A stretch of 64,000 bases of DNA, taken from positions 25,234 through 89,233 of the forward strand of contig JBBRSS010000001.1 in the NCBI GenBank assembly GCA_038245115.1. Direction: 5' to 3'. Position numbers and translations under genes: made by a program. The DNA comes from Candidatus Saccharimonadia bacterium (GTDB lineage: Bacteria; Patescibacteriota; Saccharimonadia; UBA4664). Shown here piece by piece: positions 48,822 to 59,287 of the stretch; positions within the stretch are counted from its first letter, which is position 1; each line of letters opens with the position of its first letter. The notes beneath the pieces were generated by a model. The model ran no database searches. It saw only the letters and a program-made list of their open reading frames with translations, and had not been told where the DNA came from.

Positions 48822-50122
48822 AAAAACTCCCCTCCATAATATTTCACCAATGCTTTTGGCACTTTAACCCGGCCATCGGGTTGCTGATAATTCTCAATAA
48901 TGGCTATCAACGGACGTTGCGAGAGAGCCGTAGCGTCGTTGGTATGCGCCAGCTCCACCTCACCGCCAGCCCGCCTCACCCGCAGCTGCAAACGCCGGGT
49001 TTGGTAGTCTGTCATATAATCAGCCGTGTGCGTTTCGCGATACTTATCCTGACCCGGCAGCCATGTATCAATATCTACCCCTCGAGCATTCGGCTTGCCA
49101 ATATCGGCCGTGCATTTCATTACCACCCGATATGGCAGCCCCAGCTCACTCATGAGGTACTCTTGGATCGCAATCAGAAAAAGATGCTCATCAAGTGACG
49201 TTTCGGGCGTCGTAATACTTTCCATCTCGAGCTTATCGAACTGATGCATGCGCAAAATCCCCTCCATGTCTTTGCCATACGTTCCAGCCTCTTTGCGAAA
49301 ACTCGTCGCGAACCCCGCGTAACGAATGGGTAGGTCTGACTCGGGGATAATCTCGCCCGCGTGCATCGAACCCAGTACGTGCTCGGCGCTGCCTTGCAGC
49401 CACAGCTCCTCGCCCTCAATTTTGTACCGATCTTCCCGTGGTTCCAACCGGTCCATCGCATCGTAAGGCTCAGTCCGTATCATTAGTGGCGGCAACACCG
49501 GAACAAACGGCTTAGTACTCACCTTATTAAGCCCGGCCTCTTCGGCAATGCGGGCCAGCGTAGCCTCGTTACCCAATATATCGAGGGCAAAGTTAATCAT
49601 TGCCATATTCAGCCGAACCAGCTCACCTTTTAGGTAGGCAAACCGCGACCCGGACACTTTGGCCGCCCGCTCCTTATCTATCCAGCCGCGCGCCTCACCG
49701 ATTTCCCAGTGATTCTTAAAATCGAAATCAAATTTGGTTGGCTCACCCACGATTTTAGCTACGACGTTTTCATCCTCAGTCTTACCAATTGGCACGTCGT
49801 CTGTCGGAATATTTGGGACTTGCTTCAGTAGTTTCTTGTAGCTATCGTCAACCTCTGCGTATTCGGATTCTAGCTTAGCCAGGACCTCTTTGAGCTTCTT
49901 TCCGGCTTCGATCTGTTCCGGACCGGGCTTACCTGCCTTTAGGCTATCCGACAGCTCATTGCGCTCCCGACGAACATCCTCCGTCTTCGTAGTCAATTCG
50001 CGCCGTTTAGTGTCGAAGGTTATGAGCTGATCAATCTCATCCGCCGAAATGGAAGCATTCTTGTTCTTCGCTGCTGCTTTTACTAGGTCTGGGTGCTCGC
50101 GCAAAATCCGAATGTCTATCAT
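48818..50122 (-). CDS. serS: Serine--tRNA ligase
   Basis: MIDIR, PNIP, FRKEAGTYGKDMEGILRMHQFDKLE; GGAGG SD before ATG 50122. Confidence 0.97.
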   Translation of the reverse strand: MIDIRILREHPDLVKAAAKNKNASISADEIDQLITFDTKRRELTTKTEDVRRERNELSDSLKAGKPGPEQIEAGKKLKEVLAKLESEYAEVDDSYKKLLKQVPNIPTDDVPIGKTEDENVVAKIVGEPTKFDFDFKNHWEIGEARGWIDKERAAKVSGSRFAYLKGELVRLNMAMINFALDILGNEATLARIAEEAGLNKVSTKPFVPVLPPLMIRTEPYDAMDRLEPREDRYKIEGEELWLQGSAEHVLGSMHAGEIIPESDLPIRYAGFATSFRKEAGTYGKDMEGILRMHQFDKLEMESITTPETSLDEHLFLIAIQEYLMSELGLPYRVVMKCTADIGKPNARGVDIDTWLPGQDKYRETHTADYMTDYQTRRLQLRVRRAGGEVELAHTNDATALSQRPLIAIIENYQQPDGRVKVPKALVKYYGGEFL

Positions 50123-50216
50123 ATTGCCTCCGTATGGCTCAATTATACTCGTGCCAGCCTCAACCAACAAACTCGAGCATTAAAGCCCAAAAGAGCTCGG
50201 AGTAGGCAAATATAGC

Positions 50217-51776
50217 CTACTCTGCTCCCCTTAGTCGCTCCACGAGCCACTCCTGGTCCAACGAAGCCAAAAACCAGCCGGCCTTCGGGCCCGAATCTTG
50301 TCCCAGAATCACTCGATACAGAGCCACAAACGCCTGACCCGGCTTCAATCCCGCAACCTCAGCCGACGCATAAATAGCATCATGCATCCCTTGCCCATTC
50401 AGATTATGTTCAGCCTCAACAACCTCAGCCAGTTTAGTCAAAAACCCGTGCTGCTCCTCGCTCAACTCAACCCCAGGCATCGTCTCTTGCACCGTAAACT
50501 TCACACTCGGCGGCGCATACTTCTCCAGCCAATTCGCAACAAACACCAGTTCGCGCTCAATAACCGTCCAGTGCTGCTGCACTTCTTGCTCGTACCCGGT
50601 TCGTTCCAAAATCTCCTTAACTACTTCACCCTTGCCTCGAGCAGCCTGATATACCGCCACCAAATGGCTAAACGCAATCCGCGAGATCGTTCGCTCACCA
50701 CCAATAGCAGTAGCCACCAGATAAGCCTGCTCAAATTCCGGATGGTTCCCTTTGAGTACCTCGTCTTCAAGCTTCGAAAACTCATCAATCAAATTAAATA
50801 ACCCCAACCCCGAATCAAAATAAAGTATCCGTTTTGGCATCGATTTGAAAACAAAATAACGCAGAATTTCCGGTGGCATTACCTCTAGCGCCTCGGCCGG
50901 CGTTACCAAATTGCCCAAAGACGAACTCATTTTTTTATTGTCGCCCAACAAATTGATCGTATCGTAGGTCAACGGCAGTGGCGGCTCGGCGTGGAATATC
51001 TGCCGAATAAACGCTGCCCCCGTATCGTACGACCCGCCCTTTGTCCCGTGCTCTTTTCCGAATGGCTCTACGCGTACGTTATGCAGCGCCCATCTAGCCG
51101 GCCAATCCAGCCGCCAATTCAGCTTAACCTGACCATCGGCATACGACATCTCCCCCTCAGTACCGTCGGCTCGACGGTACGTCAGTGTCTTAGTCCCAAC
51201 GTCGTGCTTCACGTAACGCCAATCATTCAAACTCTTTGAATCACTAATAATCTGGATTGGTGCCCAATCCTCGGGCAAATCTCGGTGTGAAACTTCTTTG
51301 AGTATTACTTTAATGGCCCCAATACTGGCCAGCGCCTGCTCGATATACGGCACCATTTTCCCCGTCTGGTATTGATCTTCATACGAATAAATCACGTCCA
51401 TCACTACGCCCATTTGAACCGCCGCCGATTTAAACTCCTCCGTAAAATGCACCACATACGAAGCATGGCAGCCCCACGGATCCGGCACCAGGCAAATTGG
51501 CCAACCCACATACTGCTCAAACTCCTCCGGCAAAAAACTGTAGCGCCGGCGTAACGGATCAAAGTTATCCACCACATGAAGATGCCGAGCGTTCCGACCC
51601 TTCTGCCTCAGTCCCCAGGCGATCGCGTCAGCCGTTAACGCTTCACGAAAATGCCCAATGTGATATGAAGCCGATGGCGAAATGCCGCTCGACACCACAA
51701 TCTCCCCCTCAGGGTATTTTTCAATTGCTTGATCAACAACCATATCCAGCCAATATTTGCTTTGCGGTTCACTCAT
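50217..51776 (-). CDS. lysS: Lysine--tRNA ligase, class I
   Basis: SGISPS..HIGH, WPARW, EPFGKEH, KMSSS, GPK.G. Confidence 0.95.
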   Translation of the reverse strand: MSEPQSKYWLDMVVDQAIEKYPEGEIVVSSGISPSASYHIGHFREALTADAIAWGLRQKGRNARHLHVVDNFDPLRRRYSFLPEEFEQYVGWPICLVPDPWGCHASYVVHFTEEFKSAAVQMGVVMDVIYSYEDQYQTGKMVPYIEQALASIGAIKVILKEVSHRDLPEDWAPIQIISDSKSLNDWRYVKHDVGTKTLTYRRADGTEGEMSYADGQVKLNWRLDWPARWALHNVRVEPFGKEHGTKGGSYDTGAAFIRQIFHAEPPLPLTYDTINLLGDNKKMSSSLGNLVTPAEALEVMPPEILRYFVFKSMPKRILYFDSGLGLFNLIDEFSKLEDEVLKGNHPEFEQAYLVATAIGGERTISRIAFSHLVAVYQAARGKGEVVKEILERTGYEQEVQQHWTVIERELVFVANWLEKYAPPSVKFTVQETMPGVELSEEQHGFLTKLAEVVEAEHNLNGQGMHDAIYASAEVAGLKPGQAFVALYRVILGQDSGPKAGWFLASLDQEWLVERLRGAE

Positions 51777-51845
51777 GTCGCCTATTTTAACCGAAAAACC
51801 GCTCTCGAGCGAGAGCGGCAATTCAAAATCAGCAAATACTTGTGT

Positions 51846-52313
51846 TTAGGAAATCTTCTTAATACGATAAACCATCGTCCCCGACGGTACCTCTACGTGC
51901 ACTTCGTCGCCAGGCTTCTTACCCAATAGCGCCTTGCCGATCGGCGATTGATCAGAGATATAACCCTTGTCCGGATTGGCCTCGGTTGATCCCACGATCA
52001 CGTAGTGCTGCTCACCCTCTTCCAGCTCCACGTGGACCGTCGATCCAAGAGATACCGCCCCTGTCGGTTTGTTTGAAATCACTGCGGCGTGCTTCAGAAT
52101 ATTTTCAATCTCCGCGATGCGACCTTCTACAAAACTCTGCTCATCACGAGCGGCATCATACATGGCATTTTCGCTCAAATCCCCGTCAGCCTTTGCCTCC
52201 TTGAGCCGCTGGGCAATCTCGCCGCGCTTCGAGGTAGTGAGCTCCAATAGCTCATCTTTGAGTGCCTGTAAACCATCGGCTGTCAGGTAAAATTCGTTCT
52301 TTGTTGCATTCAT
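51846..52313 (-). CDS. greA: Transcription elongation factor GreA
   Basis: GDLSENAMYDAARDEQ, SPIGKALLG. Confidence 0.97.
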   Translation of the reverse strand: MNATKNEFYLTADGLQALKDELLELTTSKRGEIAQRLKEAKADGDLSENAMYDAARDEQSFVEGRIAEIENILKHAAVISNKPTGAVSLGSTVHVELEEGEQHYVIVGSTEANPDKGYISDQSPIGKALLGKKPGDEVHVEVPSGTMVYRIKKIS

Positions 52314-52350
52314 AATTGGACTCCTATTCGTCTAGCTAAACCTTCAAAAG

Positions 52351-52381
52351 GGTGAAAAAAATCCCCGGGAACAACCCCGAG
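52351..52381 (-). terminator. Terminator-like hairpin in the greA 5' leader
   Basis: On - strand CTCGGGG-ttgt-TCCCGGGG followed by A and a T-run, ~40 nt before the greA ATG. Confidence 0.55.
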
Positions 52382-52492
52382 CCTGAAAGTTCAGCACGAT
52401 AAGTTTTACTTTCACTTACTGAAATATTTAATTTTGTCTGCTAATACTGGCTCAACCTTGTCGCTCAGTCAATAGCATAAATTAACAAAATC

Positions 52493-52501
52493 TGTGGATA
52501 A
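52493..52501 (-). promoter_or_regulatory. DnaA box between mrdA and greA
   Basis: TGTGGATAA (perfect TTATCCACA on - strand). Confidence 0.5.
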
Positions 52502-52503
52502 CT

Positions 52504-54504
52504 CTAGTGCTTTGCGCCGGCTCCTTGGGTGAAATACCATTGCAAAGTTTCCCTTGTTGCAGGTACGGCATATTCCGCGCCCTCCCCAGCTTTTTCCAAC
52601 AGAACTACAGTCACGATCTGAGGATTATTAGCCGGCGCATACGCCTCGAACCACGAATGTGGCAGCACATTATTATTTGGATCCGTTTCGGCGGAACCGG
52701 TTTTACCTGCTACCGGCACCGGCACGTCACGCTCCATAAAACAACAAGCTGTCCCCTGCGGGCTGGACACTGTATCACGCATCGCCTGTCGAATCAACTC
52801 TAAGTTTGATCCCGAGATAAAATCTTGACGTACCACCGCCGGTTTTATTGTTTCAACAGTCTTCCCGTTTGCATCCTGTATTTGCGCCACAAAGTGCGGC
52901 ACAAATAATGTCCCGCCATTCGCAATCGAGCCCAACGCCATCGCCATCTGCAAGGGTGAAGCCAAAATATCCCCCTGTCCGACGGCAATATTATAAGTGT
53001 CCCCCGTATACCAAGGCTGACCCGAAAACTTCTTCTTCCAATCTGGCGTCGGCACCCTCCCGGCAGTTTCGCCCGGGATATCAACTCCCGTGCGACTCCC
53101 CAGACCAAATTTCTGATAATACGCCGTTAATTTTTCAACCCCCAAGTACCGCGTAAAATTCGTAAATCCACCCGCTATGGTATAAAAGTAGATATCCGAC
53201 GACCGTGCAATCGCTGAAAATAAGTTCACCACCCCCAGCCCGCTATGCTCCCACCCCTTGTAGATATAATGAATCGACTTGTCATAAGGATTTACAACGT
53301 CTAACTGCCCTGTGTCGTTTATGGTAGTGTCTTTGGTTATAATCCCCTCCTGCAACGCTGCTGAAGCCGCCAACGGCTTAATGATCGACCCGGTCGGATA
53401 CGCCCCGGAGAGCACTTTATTGAACAATGGCTGACCGGAATCGTTCACCAATTTCTGATAGTCTACCTGCGATATTCCTCGGCTAAATTGATTGTTGTCG
53501 TAAGACGGTAACGACACCGCTGCCAGCACTTCGCCCGTTTTGGGGTTGATTGCCACACCCGCGGCGCGCTTTGCTCCCGCGAGCACCATTTGCTTGCTTA
53601 TCGACTCGGCAAACTTACGTTCCAACGCCATATCAATCGACAAGACAACATTATTTCCCGCTACCGGCTCCCTGCTTGCCAAAACTTTAATCGGTCGGCC
53701 CATGGCATCCACTTCGGTGCGCTCACCGCCGTTAACGCCGCGCAACTGGTCCTCATACTTCTTTTCCAGCCCAAGCTTGCCTATAAGGTCCGTAGGGCCG
53801 TACGTAGCGTCTGAGACCGCCTCCTCGCCATTAACGCGGCCCGTATACCCCAGAAAAGCTGACAGCAAATTATCGTCGCTATATTCCCTGATAGGGTTAA
53901 CGTCCAATGCAAAGCCGGGCAGAGTATTGGCCGATTGCTCCACTAACAGTGCCATGTCTCGCGGCACCCCGCTCATCACCAGCTGCGACACCGGGCTGGT
54001 CATACAGCCGGGCTCGTGTGTCTTGCAGCTCACTTCTGCCTTGGCTTGAACGTCCGCCGGACTCATCCCGATCATCACACCAATCCGGGCATATTCCGCC
54101 GTGCGCTCGGTCTCGGTAGCAGGCAACAGCTGCGGTACTGCCGTCACATCGTAGCTGGCCTGATTCCGCGCCAGGACTACCTTGTTTCGATCATATATTA
54201 CACCCCTTGGCGCCCTAGCCACCCGCTCCCGCACCCGATTTCCATTCGCCAAAGCCAAGTTACCGTTACCGCCCAGCACTTGCAAGCTAAACAACCTCAA
54301 AGCCAATATCCCTATTGCCAGCATGCCAACCAGGCCAAATATCATCAGCGGACGCCGATTGGTCTCCCCCTCCGGTGTCTCAATTTGTACATCGGCTGGC
54401 AATATTGCCTCAGACCACTCTTCGTGCTTGGCGGTCTCGCGACCCAACTTCAAATCGCGATGAGCTCCACCATTTTCCAGATAACCAAATATCGACTTAC
54501 GCAC
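52504..54504 (-). CDS. mrdA: Penicillin-binding protein 2
   Basis: APRGVIYDR, GSIIK (SxxK), SSD, KTG; directly after mreD. Confidence 0.94.
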   Translation of the reverse strand: MRKSIFGYLENGGAHRDLKLGRETAKHEEWSEAILPADVQIETPEGETNRRPLMIFGLVGMLAIGILALRLFSLQVLGGNGNLALANGNRVRERVARAPRGVIYDRNKVVLARNQASYDVTAVPQLLPATETERTAEYARIGVMIGMSPADVQAKAEVSCKTHEPGCMTSPVSQLVMSGVPRDMALLVEQSANTLPGFALDVNPIREYSDDNLLSAFLGYTGRVNGEEAVSDATYGPTDLIGKLGLEKKYEDQLRGVNGGERTEVDAMGRPIKVLASREPVAGNNVVLSIDMALERKFAESISKQMVLAGAKRAAGVAINPKTGEVLAAVSLPSYDNNQFSRGISQVDYQKLVNDSGQPLFNKVLSGAYPTGSIIKPLAASAALQEGIITKDTTINDTGQLDVVNPYDKSIHYIYKGWEHSGLGVVNLFSAIARSSDIYFYTIAGGFTNFTRYLGVEKLTAYYQKFGLGSRTGVDIPGETAGRVPTPDWKKKFSGQPWYTGDTYNIAVGQGDILASPLQMAMALGSIANGGTLFVPHFVAQIQDANGKTVETIKPAVVRQDFISGSNLELIRQAMRDTVSSPQGTACCFMERDVPVPVAGKTGSAETDPNNNVLPHSWFEAYAPANNPQIVTVVLLEKAGEGAEYAVPATRETLQWYFTQGAGAKH

Positions 54505-55008
54505 CTAAACCCCCGACTCAGCCTGCGGTCCACTCCTGCCAAGCAACAGGCGAACCGGCGGCCGCAACATCATCGTTAACAGCAAGTTTATCACAAGCTC
54601 AATTATCAATTGCTGAGTCAAATACGCTGCCGGCCAATGCCCGACACTCGGCACCAACGCAACCAATATCACCAAGCTAATCACCAGCGTTCCGGATGCA
54701 ACCAACACCAACGGGATGAGCAGCCGATCGAGCTCCAGGCCCGCCCGATGCACAATCCCAACTACCAATGCAATCAATACCATTCCCCCCGTCCATAAAC
54801 CAAAATTCGACCCACCGGCCAAATCGAGAACCAATCCGCTCAAAGCCGCTAATATCAGAGCTTCGCTGGTGGCCACACCCAGCGCCACCAGTACCATCAT
54901 GACCAGCGCCAAATTCGGCACTATCCCAAACAATCTAACTGCCGGCAAAAAACTCACCTGCAAAATGACCGCCATACCCATCAGCAAGATTGCGGCCAGT
55001 CGCCTCAT
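54505..55008 (-). CDS. mreD: Rod shape-determining protein MreD
   Basis: Hydrophobic protein with PNL and GLVLD; follows mreC. Confidence 0.88.
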   Translation of the reverse strand: MRRLAAILLMGMAVILQVSFLPAVRLFGIVPNLALVMMVLVALGVATSEALILAALSGLVLDLAGGSNFGLWTGGMVLIALVVGIVHRAGLELDRLLIPLVLVASGTLVISLVILVALVPSVGHWPAAYLTQQLIIELVINLLLTMMLRPPVRLLLGRSGPQAESGV

Positions 55009-55802
55009 TGGCCCAGCACCACATACACAAATCTCAGCCCACTTACCCTAAATTCGGTCGCAATTTGGGCCGATTGGAATACAACGTTAGAGTGCGTATT
55101 CACCGACTGGACCTTGCCAATCAACAAGCCTGCGGGAACTTGACCGCCCAGCCCGGCGGTGGTTACGCTATCGCCGGGTTTAATACTGTCAGTCTGACCA
55201 ATCTCATCGAGCACCAACCCATTACCCAATTGCCCGCGCAAAATCCCCATTGCCTGCGTATCCTGATCTTTGGCTGCTAGCTTAAACTCCGGGTCAGTTA
55301 CCAGCATTATTCGCGATGAAGTTGGCTGTACATCGACGATTGTTCCGATCAAGACGCCGCCGGCAGTTACGCCCATGCCAGGCACAATTCCTGCCTTTGA
55401 ACCCTTATTAATAATCACGAATTGTCGATATGAATCCGGCGCATACATCACCACCTCAGCTGCCGCTTGCCGCAACGTTCCAGCCACATCCAGGCCCAAC
55501 TGCTTACGCAATAAGTCATTATCGCTACGTGTCTCAGCATCAGCCGCCAACCGTTGACGTAAGTCGGCATTTTCATGCTCAAGCCTGACGTTCTCACGAG
55601 CCAGAGCACTCACCCGCGTCAAGTTTGACAACGCATCACCAGCCGTCACTCCAGCCGAGCTAAACCCCCGTGACACCGGAGCAATCGTATGCTCAAACAC
55701 CCATAGCACCGGCCCCAACCGACCAACACCCCCTGCCACCACCAACGCAGCCCCTAGTGCCACCACAACAATTATTCGGCGATTAGCTTTCGACCGATTC
55801 AT
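55005..55802 (-). CDS. mreC: Rod shape-determining protein MreC
   Basis: TM, coiled coil, INKGSKAG, T.GLGG.VPAG. Confidence 0.93.
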   Translation of the reverse strand: MNRSKANRRIIVVVALGAALVVAGGVGRLGPVLWVFEHTIAPVSRGFSSAGVTAGDALSNLTRVSALARENVRLEHENADLRQRLAADAETRSDNDLLRKQLGLDVAGTLRQAAAEVVMYAPDSYRQFVIINKGSKAGIVPGMGVTAGGVLIGTIVDVQPTSSRIMLVTDPEFKLAAKDQDTQAMGILRGQLGNGLVLDEIGQTDSIKPGDSVTTAGLGGQVPAGLLIGKVQSVNTHSNVVFQSAQIATEFRVSGLRFVYVVLGQ

Positions 55803-55815
55803 TTATGCGCCCCTA

Positions 55816-55938
55816 GGCAGGTGCATACGAGAATGGAGTACAAGGAGCCATCGAGCAACGCCAGCAAGCGGTACTCAAACGTACGATGAGCGCGTAGCGC
55901 AGATTGTGACGCCGTAGTCCGTCGCGTATGCGCCTGCC
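55816..55938. mobile_element. ~123-bp palindromic element (RPE/MITE-like)
   Basis: 14-bp terminal inverted repeats GGCAGGTGCATACG / CGTATGCGCCTGCC and an internal GTAC-N6-GTAC core. Confidence 0.65.
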
Positions 55939-55941
55939 CCA

Positions 55942-56997
55942 TCATGCTCGGGGAATTTTCCCGTACTGAGTGGGCACCAGAACTTCCTTCAAAGCATCGA
56001 TATCCTCCAGCACCAAACCCGTACCGCGCACCACTGCCGTCAATGGATCTTCGGCAATATGCACCGGCATCTTCGTTTCGCGCACCAATACCGCATCGAG
56101 TCCCTTTAGCAGCGCACCGCCGCCCGCCAGGATAATTCCGCGATCCATAATGTCCGCCACCAGCTCCGGCGGCGTCTCTTCGATTGTCAATTTTACCGCT
56201 TCAATAATTTCTCGAACACTCTTTGCCAGCGCCGACCGAATTTGATCCCCGGTCACCATAATCTCTTTCGGCAGGCCCGTAACCAAATCGCGCCCGCGCA
56301 TTGGCATCTCTTTTAACCCCGCGATCGGATAGGCCGATCCGATGGCAATTTTGATGTTCTCCGCTGTACGTTCACCAATTTGCAGGTTAAATTGCTCCCG
56401 GGCGTACAGAATAATGTCCTCAGACAATTCATCACCGGCTATCCTGAGGCTTCTCGAAGCCACTATTCCGCCCAACGAAATAATTGCCACCTCCGTGGTG
56501 CCCCCGCCAATATCCACGATCATGCTGCCAGCCGCATCCTGAATTGGCAACCGACTCCCAATAGCCGCCGCCATCGGCTCCTCTATCAAAAACGTCTGCC
56601 GAGCACCGGCATTAGTCGCCGCATCCTCCACGGCGCGTTTCTCCACCTCGGTAACCCCGCTCGGAATGCCCACCACCACCCGCGGCCGCGGGAAGATTGC
56701 ATACGTTTCTTTGTGAACCTTATTAATGAAATACTTCAACATCTGCTCAGTCACTTCAAAATCACTCACCACCCCATCCACCAACGGCCGCGTTGCCACA
56801 ATCGAAGCCGGCGTTTTGCCCACCATCTTCTTGGCCTCGTCACCAATCGCCAATACCTGACGGGTTTTCACGTTAATCGCCACCACGCTAGGTTCGTTTA
56901 TCACTATCCCCTTGCCGCGCACATACACCAAGGTATTGGCCGTACCAAGGTCAATACCAATGTCATGCGACAACAGTCCGAGCAACCGGTTTATCAT
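55942..56997 (-). CDS. mreB: Actin-like protein MreB
   Basis: IGIDLGTANT, EEPMAAAIG, VDIGGGTTE. Confidence 0.98.
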   Translation of the reverse strand: MINRLLGLLSHDIGIDLGTANTLVYVRGKGIVINEPSVVAINVKTRQVLAIGDEAKKMVGKTPASIVATRPLVDGVVSDFEVTEQMLKYFINKVHKETYAIFPRPRVVVGIPSGVTEVEKRAVEDAATNAGARQTFLIEEPMAAAIGSRLPIQDAAGSMIVDIGGGTTEVAIISLGGIVASRSLRIAGDELSEDIILYAREQFNLQIGERTAENIKIAIGSAYPIAGLKEMPMRGRDLVTGLPKEIMVTGDQIRSALAKSVREIIEAVKLTIEETPPELVADIMDRGIILAGGGALLKGLDAVLVRETKMPVHIAEDPLTAVVRGTGLVLEDIDALKEVLVPTQYGKIPRA

Positions 56998-57109
56998 ATA
57001 GCGTTCAAATTCATCTTCCTAAGTGTACCAGTGCCACCAGATAGGCGACAAGCCGATTGTGCTTTTGTACTCGAAGAACTATTTCTAACTCTGCTGACGA
57101 CTCATCATC

Positions 57110-58537
57110 TCAATATGACTGAGCAAATATCCAGCGATGTTTTGCGGGCATATTACAGCGCACACATTCGCCTTCTTCAATCTCAGCACCAAGCGGCAAA
57201 CAACGTGTCGTCGCTGTTGTATCGTTTTTTATTACCGCCTCGCAGTCGTCTTCTTCGCACCACAATGCCCGAATAAAACCCTTCGGGCCATCCATAATTT
57301 GCTTGAATTCGTCGTACGAATCTACGCTGTGGGTTGAATTGGCAAGATAGTCCTCAGCTTGTTTCAATAGATTTAACTGAATATCTTCAAGCGCGGCCAA
57401 CACTACCTTTGGGGTATCCTCAATTGAGTTTGCAGCCATTTTTTCACGACCGCGGCGGACACCGGCCAGACTATTTTCACTGACTTCGCGCGGGCCTACT
57501 TCATACCGGATTGGTACACCCTTGAGTTCCCATTTGTTAATCTTAAAACCAAAGGATTCGCCCTCTCTTGAGTCGATCTTCGCGCGTACACCGGCTTTTC
57601 GCAGCAATTGGGCCAACTTCTCGCAAAACTCTAACACGTCAGGCGCAATACGCACCGGCAGAATAACAACCTGAACCGGCGCCAGTTTTGGCGGCAGCAC
57701 CAAACCAGCATCGTCCCCGTGCGCCATAAACAAGCCCCCTAGCGACCTAGTAGAGAAGCCCCAACTCGTCTGCCAAACGTATTCCTCAGTACCCTCTTTC
57801 GACTGGTATTTAATATCAAACGGCTTTGCGAAATTCTGCCCCAAGTCGTGCGAGGTACAAGCCTGCAATGCCTTGCCCTCAGGCATGAGGATTTCATAGG
57901 TCAGAGTATCAGCCGCGCCGGCAAATTTTTCGGATTCCGATTTATGGCCGACATAGCCCGGCAGCGCAAAATACTCGCGATAAACCTCAACATACGAATC
58001 CATAGCCCACAATTGCAATTCTTTTGCCTCCGCATGCTCGGCATGCGCAGTATGACCCTCCTGCCACAAAAATTCCGAAGTGCGCATAAAGGGGTAGGTT
58101 CGTTTCTCCCATCGAACCACATTATTCCACTGGTTAATCAATAGCGGCAGATCGCGCCATGACTGCACCCAGCGGCTGTAGGAGTCGTACATTATCGTTT
58201 CGCTGGTCGGACGCACCACCAGCTTCTCCTCCAACTCTTCACCTCCGCCAATCGTAACTACTGCCAGCTCAGGGGCAAAACCCTCTATGTGTTGACTCTC
58301 TTTTTGCAGTAAAGATTCGGGAATAAACAGCGGGAAATAGGCATTGTCGACGCCGCGAGCCTTAATCTTGGCATCTAATGCGGCCTGGACCAGCTCCCAT
58401 ATACGGTAACCGTATGGGCGGATAATCATCGTGCCCTTTGCTGGGCCGTAGTCGGCCAGCTCAGCTTCCTGAATTAATTTTACGTACCAATCAGATAAAT
58501 TCTCGGTTTTCTTTGGAAGTTGTCTATCATATGCCAT
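57110..58537 (-). CDS. proS: Proline--tRNA ligase, archaeal/eukaryotic type
   Basis: RPTSET, EFLWQEGHTAH, C-terminal zinc site and FAQSY. Confidence 0.96.
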   Translation of the reverse strand: MAYDRQLPKKTENLSDWYVKLIQEAELADYGPAKGTMIIRPYGYRIWELVQAALDAKIKARGVDNAYFPLFIPESLLQKESQHIEGFAPELAVVTIGGGEELEEKLVVRPTSETIMYDSYSRWVQSWRDLPLLINQWNNVVRWEKRTYPFMRTSEFLWQEGHTAHAEHAEAKELQLWAMDSYVEVYREYFALPGYVGHKSESEKFAGAADTLTYEILMPEGKALQACTSHDLGQNFAKPFDIKYQSKEGTEEYVWQTSWGFSTRSLGGLFMAHGDDAGLVLPPKLAPVQVVILPVRIAPDVLEFCEKLAQLLRKAGVRAKIDSREGESFGFKINKWELKGVPIRYEVGPREVSENSLAGVRRGREKMAANSIEDTPKVVLAALEDIQLNLLKQAEDYLANSTHSVDSYDEFKQIMDGPKGFIRALWCEEDDCEAVIKNDTTATTRCLPLGAEIEEGECVRCNMPAKHRWIFAQSY

Positions 58538-58552
58538 GGGTGGTATTTTAGC

Positions 58553-59287
58553 CTATTTCCCCGTCAACGCCAAAAACGCCAAATAATTATTGGCCATATG
58601 CAGCAATACACCCGGCACAATGCTGCGCGTCTTCACGTACATAAAGCACAGCAACAGCCCCAAAATCGAGGTGTAAACAAACAGGTTAGGCTGCCCGTGC
58701 GCCGCACCGAATAGCATAGAAGATAACACTGCGCCCCAGATCAAACCGGCCCGTTTCGTCAACGCCGGAAAAATAAAACCCCGAAAAATTGTTTCCTCAA
58801 AAATCGGGGGTATTAACACTAGGGCAATCAGGGCCAAGCTACGATGTGAACCTGCAGCCTTCGTAAAGTCATTCGTCTGAGCTTGGTTAGCGTCGAATGA
58901 CGGATCCAATAGCTTCACTACTATCAGCGCCACATTTGCGAGCACTACAAATACAATCAACATCACAAACAGATATTTAATCAGCTTTAAAACGTTCACT
59001 CGCCGCCAACCCACCATCGACCACGTCGCGTGGTACTTGCGGAGGTACAAGGCAACCAACCCCAGCCCAATCGCAACCCCCACCAAATTCAACGCAAATG
59101 ATGCCTCAATGTTTTCATGACGCACCGCGTTCATAAAGTCATTGACTGCCGGCACCGCCGGAGACAACATCACCAATCCAAACCCCAATATCAGCTGCAA
59201 GCCAAACCACGCCGCCACCAATACCAAGGCATCCCTAACCCCCCACGGTACTTTGAGAAACTCTGGCACTTCCGACCAGCGCTTCAC
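58553..59287 (-). CDS. CPBP/CAAX family intramembrane metalloprotease
   Basis: EETIFRG, FGAAH, HMANN. Confidence 0.9.
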   Translation of the reverse strand: MKRWSEVPEFLKVPWGVRDALVLVAAWFGLQLILGFGLVMLSPAVPAVNDFMNAVRHENIEASFALNLVGVAIGLGLVALYLRKYHATWSMVGWRRVNVLKLIKYLFVMLIVFVVLANVALIVVKLLDPSFDANQAQTNDFTKAAGSHRSLALIALVLIPPIFEETIFRGFIFPALTKRAGLIWGAVLSSMLFGAAHGQPNLFVYTSILGLLLCFMYVKTRSIVPGVLLHMANNYLAFLALTGK

